A stretch of 64,000 nt of DNA. Origin: Eledone cirrhosa. Its lineage: Eukaryota. A program made the position numbers and the translations under genes. Shown piece after piece: positions 49,600 to 61,500 of this stretch; position 1 is the stretch's first letter, and the number at the start of each line of letters is the position of its first letter. The DNA is taken from assembly GCA_964016885.1 (NCBI GenBank), contig OZ024743.1:12834001-12898000 (forward strand). Direction: 5' to 3'. The notes beneath the pieces were generated by a model that saw only the letters and a list, made by a program, of their open reading frames with translations, ran no database searches and was not told where the DNA came from.

Positions 49600-52500
49600 T
49601 GTTGTTGTGGCTGCTGTTGTGTACGTTGTGTATGGGGTTGCTGCCGTTGTGTATGTTGTGTATGGTGTTGCTGCTGTTGTGTATGTTGTGTATGGTGTTG
49701 CTGCCGTTGTGTATGTTGTGTATGGTGTTGTTGCTGTTGTGTATGTTGTGTATGGTGTTGCTGCTGTTGTGAATGTTGTGTATGGTGTTGCTGCTGGTGT
49801 GTATGTTGTGTATGGTGTTGCTGCCGTTGTGTATGTTGTGTATGGTGTTACTGCTGTTGTGTATGTTGTGTATGGTGTTGCTGCTGTTGTGAATGTTGTG
49901 TATGGTGTTGCTGCCGTTGTGTATGTTGTGTATGGTGTTGCTGCCGTTGTGTATGTTGTCTATGGTGTTGCTGCCGTTGTGTATGTTGTGTATGGTGTTG
50001 CTGCCGTTGTGTATGTTGTGTATGGTGCTGCTGCTGTTGTGTATGTTGTGTATGGTGTTGCTGCCGTTGTGTATGTTGTGTATGGTGTTGCTGCCGTTGT
50101 GTATGTTGTGTATGGCGTTGTTGCTGTGTGTATGTTGTGTATGGTGTTGTTGCTGTTGTGTATGTTGTGTATGGTGTTGTTGCTGCCGTTGTGTATGTTG
50201 TGTATGGTGTTGCTGCCGTTGTGTATGTTGTGTATGGTGTTGCTGCTGTTGTGAATGTTGTGTATGGTGTTGCTGCCGTTGTGTATGTTGTGTATGGTGT
50301 TGCTGCCGTTGTGTATGTTGTGTATGGTGTTGCTGCCGTTGTGTATGTTGTGTATGGTGTTGCTGCCGTTGTGTATGGTGTTGCTGCCGTTGTGTATGTT
50401 GTGTATGGCGTTGTTGCTGTGTGTATGTTGTGTATGGTGTTGTTGCTGCCGTTGTGTATGTTGTGTATGGTGTTGTTGCTGTTGTGTATGTTGTGTATGG
50501 TGTTGTTGCTGCCGTTGTGTATGTTGTGTATGGTGTTGCTGCTGTTGTGTATGGTGTTGCTGCCGTTGTGTATGTTGTGTATGGTGTTGTTGCTGCCGTT
50601 GTGTATGTTGTGTATGGTGTTGCTGCCGTTGTGTATGTTGTGTATGGTGTTGCTGCTGTTGTGTATGTTGTGTATGGTGTTGCTGCAGTTGTGTATGTTG
50701 TGTATGGTGTTGCTGCCGTTGTGTATGTTGTGTATGGTGTTGCTGCCGTTGTGTATGTTGTGTATGGTGTTGCTGCCGTTGTGTATGTTGTGAATGGTGT
50801 TGCTGCCGTTGTGTATGTTGTGTATGGTGTTGCTGCTGTTGTGTATGTTGTGTATGGTGTTGCTGCAGTTGTGTATGTTGTGTATGGTGTTGCTGCCGTT
50901 GTGTATGTTGTGTATGGTGTTGTTGCTGCCGTTGTGTATGTTGTGTATGGTGTTGCTGCCGTTGTGTATGTTGTGAATGGTGTTGCTGCCGTTGTGTATG
51001 TTGTGTATGGAATTGTTGCTGTTGTGTATGTTGTGTATGGTGTTGCTGCCGTTGTGTATGTTGTGTATGGTGTTGTTGCTGTTGTGTATGTTGTGTATGG
51101 TGTTGTTGCTGCTGTTGTGTATGGTGCTGCTGCCGTTGTGTATGTTGTGTATGGTGTTGTTGCTGCTGTTGTGTATGGTGTTGCTGCCGTTGTGTATGTT
51201 GTGTATGGTGTTGTTGCTGCCGTTGTGTATGTTGTGAATGGTGTTGCTGCCGTTGTGTATGTTGTGTATGGTGTTGCTGCAGTTGTGTATGTTGTGTATA
51301 GTGTTGCTGCGGTTGTGTATGTTGTGTATGGTGTTGGTGCCGTTGTGTATGTTGTGTATGGTGTTGCTGCTGTTGTGTATGTTGTGTATGGTGTTGCTGC
51401 AGTTGTGTATGTTGTGTATGGTGTTGCTGCCGTTGTGTATGGTGTTGTTGCTGCCGTTGTGTATGTTGTGTATGGTGTTGCTGCCGTTGTGTATGTTGTG
51501 TATGGTGTTACTGCTGTTGTGTATGTTGTGTATGGTGTTGCTGCTGTTGTGTATGTTGTGTATGGTGTTGCTGCTGTTGTGTATGTTGTGTATGGTGTTG
51601 CTGCAGTTGTGTATGTTGTGTATGGTGTTGCTGCCGTTGTGTATGTTGTGTATGGTGTTGCTGCCCTTGTGTATGTTGTGTATGGTGTTGCTGCCGTTGT
51701 GTATGTTGTGTATGGTGTTGCTGCCGTTGTGTATGTTGTGTATGGTGTTGTTGCTGCCGTTGTGTATGTTGTGTATGGTGTTGCTGCCGTTGTGTATGTT
51801 GTGTATGGAGTTGCTGCCGTTGTGTATGTTGTGTATGGTGTTGCTGCCGTTGTGTATGTTGTGTATGGTGTTGCTGCCGTTGTGTATGTTGTGTATGGTG
51901 TTGCTGCCGTTGTGTATGTTGTGTATGGTGTTGCTGCCGTTGTGTATGTTGTGTATGGTGTTGCTGCCGTTGTGTATGTTGTGTATGGAGTTGTTGCTGC
52001 TGTGTGTATGTTGTGTATGGTGTTGCTGCTGTTGTGTATGATGTGTATGGTGTTGCTGCAGTTGTGTATGTTGTGTATGGTGTTGCTGCCGTTGTGTATG
52101 TTGTGTATGGTGTTGCTGCCGTTGTGTATGTTGTGTATGGTGTTGCTGCCGTTGTGTATGTTGTGTATGGTGTTGCTGCCGTTGTGTATGTTGTGTATGG
52201 AGTTGTTGCTGCTGTGTGTATGTTGTGTATGGTGTTGCTGCTGTTGTGTATGATGTGTATGGTGTTGCTGCAGTTGTGTATGTTGTGTATGGTGTTGCTG
52301 CCGTTGTGTATGTTGTGTATGGTGTTGCTGCCGTTGTGTATGTTGTGTATGGTGTTGCTGCTGTTGTGTATGTTGTGTATGGTGTTGCTGCAGTTGTGTA
52401 TGTTGTGTAAGGTGTTGCTGCTGTTGTGTATGTTGTGTATGGTGTTGCTGCTGTTGTGTATGTTGTGTATGGTGTTGCTGCAGTTGTGTATGCTGTGTAT

Positions 52501-55500
52501 GGTGTTGCTGTGTATGTTGTGTATGGTGTTGCTGCTGTTGTGTATGTTGTGTATGGTGTTGCTGCCGTTGTGTATGTTGTGTATGGTGTTGCTGCTGTTG
52601 TGTATGTTGTGTATGGTGTTGCTGCCGTTGTGTATGTTGTGTATGGTGTTGCTGCTGATGTGTATGTTGTGTATGGTGTTGCGTCCGTTGTGTATGTTGT
52701 GTATGGTGTAGGTGCCGTCGTGTATGTTGTGTATGGTGTTGTATGGTGTTGTTGCTGCTGTTGTGTATGGTGTTGTATGGTGTTGTTGCTGCTGTTGTGT
52801 ATGGTGTTGTGTGGTGTTGTTGCAGCTGTTGTGTATGGTGTTGTATGGTGCTGTTGCTGCTGTTGTGTATGGTGATGTTTCTGCTGTTGTGTATGGTGTT
52901 GTATGGTGTTGCTGCTGTTGTGTATGGCATTGTATGGTGTTGTTGCTGCTGTTGTGTATGGTGTCGTATGGTGTTGTTGCTGCCGTTGTGTATGTTGTGT
53001 ATGGTGTTATTGCTGCCGTTGTGTATGTTGTGTATGGTGTTGCTGCTGTTGTGTATGTTGTGTATGGTGTTGTTGCTGTTGTGTATCGTCTTGTATGGTG
53101 TTGTTGCTGCTGTTGTGTATGGTGTTGTATGGTGTTGTTGCTGCTGTTGTGTATGGTGTTGTATGGTGCTGTTGCCGTTGTGTATCTTGTGTATGGTGTT
53201 GCTGCCGTTGTGTATGTTGTGTATGGTGTTGTTGCTGCCGTTGTGTATGTTGTGTATGGTGTTGCTGCCGTTGTGTATGTTGTGAATGGTGTTGCTGCCG
53301 TTGTGTATGTTGTGTATGGAGTTGTTGCTGTTGTGTATGTTGTGTATGGTGTTGCTGCCATTGTTTATGTTGTGTATGGTGTTGTTGCTGTTGTGTATGT
53401 TGTGTATGGTGTTGCTGCTGTTGTGTATGTTGTGTATGGTGTTGTTGCTGCTTTTGTGTATGGTGTTGCTGCCGTTGTGTATGTTGTGTATGGTGTTGTT
53501 GCTGCTGTTGTGTATGGTGTTGCTGCCGTTGTGTATGTTGTGTATGGTGTTGTTGCTGCCGTTGTGTATGTTCTGTATGGTGTTGCTGCCGTTGTGTATG
53601 TTGTGTATGGTGTTGTTGCTGTTGTGTATGTTGTGTATGGTGTTGTTGCTGCTTTTGTGTATGGTGTTGCTGCCGTTGTGTATGTTGTGTATGGTGTTGT
53701 TGCTGCTGTTGTGTATGGTGTTGCTGCCGTTGTGTATGTTGTGTATGGTGTTGTTGCTGCCGTGGTGTATATTCTGTATGGTGTTGCTGCCGTTGTGTAT
53801 GTTGTGTATGGTGTTGCTGCCGTTGTGTATGTTGTGTATGGTGTTGTTGCTGTTGTGTATGTTGTGTATGGTGTTGTTGCTGTTGTGTATGTTGTGTATG
53901 GTGTTGTTGCTGCTTTTGTGTATGGTGTTGCTGCCGTTGTGTATGTTGTGTATGGTGTTGTTGCTGCCGTTGTGTATGTTCTGTATGGTGTTGCTGCCGT
54001 TGTGTATGTTGTGTATGGTGTTGCTGCCGTTGTGTATGTTGTGTATGGAGTTGTTGCTGCTGTGTGTATGTTGTGTATGGTGTTGCTGCTGTTGTGTATG
54101 TTGTGTATGGTGTTGCTGCAGTTGTGTATGTTGTGTATGGTGTTGCTGCTGTTGTGTATGTTGTGTATGGTGTTGCTGCAGTTGTGTATGTTGTGTATGG
54201 TGTTGCTGCCGTTGTGTATGTTGTGTATGGTGTTGCTGCCGTTGTGTATGTTGTGTATGGTGTTGCTGCCCTTGTGTATGTTGTGTATGGTGTTGCTGCC
54301 GTTGTGTATGTTGTGTATGGTGTTGTTGCTGTTGTGTATGTTGTGTATGGTGTTGCTGCCGTTGTGTATGTTATGTATGGTGTTGCTGCCGTTGTGTATG
54401 TTGTGTATGGTGTTGTTGCTGTTGTGTATGTTGTGTATGGTGTTGTTGCTGTTGTGTACGTTGTGTATGGTGTTGCTGCCGTTGTGTATGTTGTGTATGG
54501 TGTTGCTGCCGTTGTGTATGTTGTGTATGGTGTTGTTGCTGTTGTGTATGTTGTGTATGGTGTTGTTGCTGTTGTGTACGTTGTGTATGGTGTTGTTGCT
54601 GTGTGAATGTTGTGTATGGTGTTGCTGCTGTGTGAATGTTGTGTATGGTGTTGCTGCTGTTGTGTATGTTGTGTATGATGTTGCTGCTGTTGTGTATGTT
54701 GTGTATGGTGTTGCTGCCGTTGTGTATGTTGTGTATGATGTTGCTGCTGTTGTGTATGTTGTGTATGGTGTTGCTGCCGTTGTGTATGTTGTGTATGATG
54801 TTGCTGCTGTTGTGTATGTTGTGTATGGTGTTGCTGCTGTTGTGTATGTTGTGTATGGTGTAGGTGCCGTTGTGTATGTTGTGTATGGTGTTGTATGGTG
54901 TTGTTGCTGCTGTTGTGTATGGTGTTGTATGGTGTTGTTGCTGCTGTTGTGTATGGTGTTGTATGGTGTTGTTGCAGCTGTTGTGTATGGTGTTGTATGG
55001 TGCTGTTGCTGCTGTTGTGTATGGTGATGTTTCTGCTGTTGTGTATGGTGTTGTATGGTGTTGCTGCTGTTGTGTATGGTATTGTATGGTGTTGTTGCTG
55101 CTGTTGTGTATGGTGTCGTATGGTGTTGTTGCTGCTGTTGTGTATGGTGTTGTTGCTGCTGTCGTGTATGGTGTTGTATGGTGTTGTTGCTGTTGTGTAT
55201 CGTCTTGTATGGTGTTGTTGCTGCTGTTGTGTATGGTGTTGTATGGTGTTGTTGCTGCTGTTGTGTATGGTGTTGTATGGTGCTGTTGCCGTTGTGTATG
55301 TTGTGTATGGTGTTGCTGCCGTTGTGTATGTTGTGTATGGTGTTGTTGCTGCCGTTGTGTATGTTGTGTATGGTGTTGCTGCCGTTGTGTATGTTGTGAA
55401 TGGTGTTGCTGCCGTTGTGTATGTTGTGTATGGAGTTGTTGCTGTTGTGTATGTTGTGTATGGTATTGCTGCCGTTGTGTATGTTGTGTATGGTGTTGTT

Positions 55501-58500
55501 GCTGTTGTGTATGTTGTGTATGGTGTTATTGCTGCTGTTGTGTATGGTGTTGCTGCCGTTGTGTATGTTGTTTTTTGTTGTTGTTGCTGCCGTTGTGTAT
55601 GTTGTGTATGGTGTTGCTGCCGTTGTGTATGTTGTGTATGGTGTTGCTGCCGTTGTGTATGTTGTATATGGAGTTGTTGCTGCTGTGTGTATAATGTGTA
55701 TGGTGTTGCTGCTGTTGTGTATGTTGTGTATGGTGTTGCTGCAGTTGTGTATGTTGTGTATGGTGTTGCTGCTGTTGTGTATGTTGTGTATGGTGTTGCT
55801 GCAGTTGTGTATGTTGTGTATGGTGTTGCTGCCGTTGTGTATGTCGTGTATGGTGTTGCTGCTGTTGTGTATGTTGTGTATGGTGTTGCTGCCGTTGTGT
55901 ATGTTGTGTATGGTGTTGCTGCTGTGTGTATGTTGTGTATGGTGTTGCTGCCATTGTGTATGTTGTGTATGGTGTAGGTGCCGTTGTGTATGTTGTGTAT
56001 GGTGTTGTATGGTGTTGTTGCTGCTGTTGTGTATGGTGTTGTATGGTGTTGTTGCTGCTGTTGTGTATGGTGTTGTATGGTGTTGTTGCAGCTGTTGTGT
56101 ATGGTGTTGTATGGTGCTGTTGCTGCTGTTGTGTATGGTGATGTTTCTGCTGTTGTGTATGGTGTTGTATGGTGTTGCTGCTGTTGTGTATGGTATTGTA
56201 TGGTGTTGTTGCTGCTGTTGTGTATGGTGTCGTATGGTGTTGTTGCTGCTGTTGTGTATGGTGTTGTTGATGCTGTCGTGTATGGTGTTGTATGGTGTTG
56301 TTGCTGTTGTGTATCGTCTTGTATGGTGTTGTTGCTGCTGTTGTGTATGGTGTTGTATGGTGCTGTTGCCGTTGTGTATGTTGTGTATGGTGTTGCTGCC
56401 GTTGTGTATGTTGTGTATGGTGTTGTTGCTGCCGTTCTGTATGTTGTGTATGGTGTTGCTGCCGTTGTGTATGTTGTGAATGGTGTTGCTGCCGTTGTGT
56501 ATGTTGTGTATGGCATTGTTGCTGTTGTGTATTTTGTGTATGGTGTTGCTGCCGTTGTGTATGTTGTGTATGGTGTTGTTGCTGTTGTGTATGTTGTGTA
56601 TGGTGTTGTTGCTGCTGTTGTGTATGGTGTTGCTGCCGTTGTGTATGTTGTGTATGGTGTTGTTGCTGCTGTTGTATATGGTGTTGCTGCCGTTGTGTAT
56701 GTTGTGTATGGTGTTGTTGCTGCCGTTGTGTATGTTGTGTATGGTGTTGCTGCCGTTGTGTATGTTGTGTATGGTGTTGCTGGCGTTGTGTATGTTGTGT
56801 ATGGTGTTGCTGCTGTTGTGTATGTTGTGTATGGTGTTGCTGCCGTTGTGTATGTTGTGTATGGTGTTGCTGCCGTTGTGTATGTTGTGTATGGTGTTGC
56901 TGCTGTTGTGTATTTGTGTATGGTGTTGCTGCAGTTGTGTATGTTGTGTATGGTGTTGCTGCTGTGTGTATGTTGTGTATGGTGTTGCTGCTGTTGTGTA
57001 TGTTGTGTATGGTGTTGCTGCAGTTGTGTATGTTGTGTATGGTGTTGCTGTGTATGTTGTGTATGGTGTTGCTGCTGTTGTGTATGTTGTGTATGGTGTT
57101 GCTGCCGTTGTGTATGTTGTGTATGGTGTTGCTGCTGATGTGTATGTTGTGTATGGTGTTGCTGCCGTTGTGTATGTTGTGTATGGTGTAGGTGCCGTCG
57201 TGTATGTTGTGTATGGTGTTGTATGGTGTTGTTGCTGCTGTTGTGTATGGTGTTGTATGGTGTTGTTGCTGCTGTTGTGTATGGTGTTGTATGGTGTTGT
57301 TGCAGCTGTTGTGTATGGTGTTGTATGGTGCTGTTGCTGCTGTTGTGTATGGTGATGTTTCTGCTGTTGTGTATGGTGTTGTATGGTGTTGCTGCTGTTG
57401 TGTATGGCATTGTATGGTGTTGTTGCTGCTGTTGTGTATGGTGTCGTATGGTGTTGTTGCTGCTGTTGTGTATGGTGTTGTTGCTGCTGTCGTGTATGGT
57501 GTTGTATGGTGTTGTTGCTGTTGTGTATCGTCTTGTATGGTGTTGTTGCTGCTGTTGTGTATGGTGTTGTATGGTGTTGTTGCTGCTGTTGTGTATGGTG
57601 TTGTATGGTGCTGTTGCCGTTGTGTATGTTGTGTATGGTGTTGCTGCCGTTGTGTATGTTGTGTATGGTGTTGTTGCTGCCGTTGTGTATGTTGTGTATG
57701 GTGTTGCTGCCGGTGTGTATGTTGTGAATGATGTTGCTGCCGTTGTGTATGTTGTGTATGGAGTTGTTGCTGTTGTGTATGTTGTGTATGGTGTTGCTGC
57801 CATTGTGTATGTTGTGTATGGTGTTGTTGCTGTTGTGTATGTTGTGTATGGTGTTGTTGCTGCTTTTGTGTATGGTGTTGCTGCCGTTGTGTATGTTGTG
57901 TATGGTGTTGTTGCTGCTGTTGTGTATGGTGTTGCTGCCGTTGTGTATGTTGTGTATGGTGTTGTTGCTGCCGTTGTGTATGTTGTGTATGGTGTTGCTG
58001 CCGTTGTGTATGTTGTGTATGGTGTTGCTGCCGTTGTGTATGTTGTGTATGGTGTTGCTGCCCTTGTGTATGTTGTGTATGGTGTTGCTGCCGTTGTGTA
58101 TGTTGTGTATGGTGTTGCTGCCGTTGTGTATGTTGTGTATGGTGTTGTTGCTGTTGTGTATGTTGTGTATGGTGTTGTTGCTGTTGTGTACGTTGTGTAT
58201 GGTGTTGCTGCCGTTGTGTATGTTGTGTATGGTGTTGCTGCCGTTGTGTATGTTGTGTATGGTGTTGTTGCTGTTGTGTATGTTGTGTATGGTGTTATTG
58301 CTGCTGTTGTGTATGGTGTTGCTGCCGTTGTGTATGTTGTTTTTTGTTGTTGTTGCTGCCGTTGTGTATGTTGTGTATGGTGTTGCTGCCGTTGTGTATG
58401 TTGTGTATGGTGTTGCTGCCGTTGTGTATGTTGTGTATGGAGTTGTTGCTGCTGTGTGTATGTTGTGTATGGTGTTGCTGCTGTTGTGTATGTTGTGTAT

Positions 58501-61500
58501 GGTGTTGCTGCAGTTGTGTATGTTGTGTATGGTGTTGCTGCTGTTGTGTATGTTGTGTATGGTGTTGCTGCAGTTGTGTATGTTGTGTATGGTGTTGCTG
58601 CCGTTGTGTATGTTGTGTATGGTGTTGCTGCTGTTGTGTATGTTGTGTATGGTGTTGCTGCCGTTGTGTATGTTGTGTATGGTGTTGCTGCTGTGTGTAT
58701 GATGTGTATGGTGTTGCTGCCATTGTGTATGTTGTGTATGGTGTAGGTGCCGTTGTGTATGTTGTGTATGGTGTTGTATGGTGTTGTTGCTGCTGTTGTG
58801 TATGGTGTTGTATGGTGTTGTTGCTGCTGTTGTGTATGGTGTTGTATGGTGTTGTTGCTGTTGTGTATCGTCTTGTATGGTGTTGTTGCTGCTGTTGTGT
58901 ATGGTGTTGTATGGTGCTGTTGCCGTTGTGTATGTTGTGTATGGTGTTGCTGCCGTTGTGTATGTTGTGTATGGTGTTGTTGCTGCCGTTCTGTATGTTG
59001 TGTATGGTGTTGCTGCCGTTGTGTATGTTGTGAATGGTGTTGCTGCCGTTGTGTATGTTGTGTATGGCATTGTTGCTGTTGTGTATTTTGTGTATGGTGT
59101 TGCTGCCGTTGTGTATGTTGTGTATGGTGTTGTTGCTGTTGTGTATGTTGTGTATGGTGTTGTTGCTGCTGTTGTGTATGGTGTTGCTGCCGTTGTGTAT
59201 GTTGTGTATGGTGTTGTTGCTGCTGTTGTATATGGTGTTGCTGCCGTTGTGTATGTTGTGTATGGTGTTGTTGCTGCCGTTGTGTATGTTGTGTATGGTG
59301 TTGCTGCCGTTGTGTATGTTGTGTATGGTGTTGCTGGCGTTGTGTATGTTGTGTATGGTGTTGCTGCTGTTGTGTATGTTGTGTATGGTGTTGCTGCCGT
59401 TGTGTATGTTGTGTATGGTGTTGCTGCCGTTGTGTATGTTGTGTATGGTGTTGCTGCTGTTGTGTATTTGTGTATGGTGTTGCTGCAGTTGTGTATGTTG
59501 TGTATGGTGTTGCTGCTGTGTGTATGTTGTGTATGGTGTTGCTGCTGTTGTGTATGTTGTGTATGGTGTTGCTGCAGTTGTGTATGTTGTGTATGGTGTT
59601 GCTGTGTATGTTGTGTATGGTGTTGCTGCTGTTGTGTATGTTGTGTATGGTGTTGCTGCCGTTGTGTATGTTGTGTATGGTGTTGCTGCTGATGTGTATG
59701 TTGTGTATGGTGTTGCTGCCGTTGTGTATGTTGTGTATGGTGTAGGTGCCGTCGTGTATGTTGTGTATGGTGTTGTATGGTGTTGTTGCTGCTGTTGTGT
59801 ATGGTGTTGTATGGTGTTGTTGCTGCTGTTGTGTATGGTGTTGTATGGTGTTGTTGCAGCTGTTGTGTATGGTGTTGTATGGTGCTGTTGCTGCTGTTGT
59901 GTATGGTGATGTTTCTGCTGTTGTGTATGGTGTTGTATGGTGTTGCTGCTGTTGTGTATGGCATTGTATGGTGTTGTTGCTGCTGTTGTGTATGGTGTCG
60001 TATGGTGTTGTTGCTGCTGTTGTGTATGGTGTTGTTGCTGCTGTCGTGTATGGTGTTGTATGGTGTTGTTGCTGTTGTGTATCGTCTTGTATGGTGTTGT
60101 TGCTGCTGTTGTGTATGGTGTTGTATGGTGTTGTTGCTGCTGTTGTGTATGGTGTTGTATGGTGCTGTTGCCGTTGTGTATGTTGTGTATGGTGTTGCTG
60201 CCGTTGTGTATGTTGTGTATGGTGTTGTTGCTGCCGTTGTGTATGTTGTGTATGGTGTTGCTGCCGGTGTGTATGTTGTGAATGATGTTGCTGCCGTTGT
60301 GTATGTTGTGTATGGAGTTGTTGCTGTTGTGTATGTTGTGTATGGTGTTGCTGCCATTGTGTATGTTGTGTATGGTGTTGTTGCTGTTGTGTATGTTGTG
60401 TATGGTGTTGTTGCTGCTTTTGTGTATGGTGTTGCTGCCGTTGTGTATGTTGTGTATGGTGTTGTTGCTGCTGTTGTGTATGGTGTTGCTGCCGTTGTGT
60501 ATGTTGTGTATGGTGTTGTTGCTGCCGTTGTGTATGTTGTGTATGGTGTTGCTGCCGTTGTGTATGTTGTGTATGGTGTTGCTGCCGTTGTGTATGTTGT
60601 GTATGGTGTTGCTGCCCTTGTGTATGTTGTGTATGGTGTTGCTGCCGTTGTGTATGTTGTGTATGGTGTTGCTGCCGTTGTGTATGTTGTGTATGGTGTT
60701 GTTGCTGTTGTGTATGTTGTGTATGGTGTTGTTGCTGTTGTGTACGTTGTGTATGGTGTTGCTGCCGTTGTGTATGTTGTGTATGGTGTTGCTGCCGTTG
60801 TGTATGTTGTGTATGGTGTTGTTGCTGTTGTGTATGTTGTGTATGGTGTTATTGCTGCTGTTGTGTATGGTGTTGCTGCCGTTGTGTATGTTGTTTTTTG
60901 TTGTTGTTGCTGCCGTTGTGTATGTTGTGTATGGTGTTGCTGCCGTTGTGTATGTTGTGTATGGTGTTGCTGCCGTTGTGTATGTTGTGTATGGAGTTGT
61001 TGCTGCTGTGTGTATGTTGTGTATGGTGTTGCTGCTGTTGTGTATGTTGTGTATGGTGTTGCTGCAGTTGTGTATGTTGTGTATGGTGTTGCTGCTGTTG
61101 TGTATGTTGTGTATGGTGTTGCTGCAGTTGTGTATGTTGTGTATGGTGTTGCTGCCGTTGTGTATGTTGTGTATGGTGTTGCTGCTGTTGTGTATGTTGT
61201 GTATGGTGTTGCTGCCGTTGTGTATGTTGTGTATGGTGTTGCTGCTGTGTGTATGATGTGTATGGTGTTGCTGCCATTGTGTATGTTGTGTATGGTGTAG
61301 GTGCCGTTGTGTATGTTGTGTATGGTGTTGTATGGTGTTGTTGCTGCTGTTGTGTATGGTGTTGTATGGTGTTGTTGCTGCTGTTGTGTATGGTGTTGTA
61401 TGGTGTTGTTGCAGCTGTTGTGTATGGTGTTGTATGGTGCTGTTGCTGCTGTTGTGTTTGGTGATGTTTCTGCTGTTGTGTATGGTGTTGTATGGTGTTG

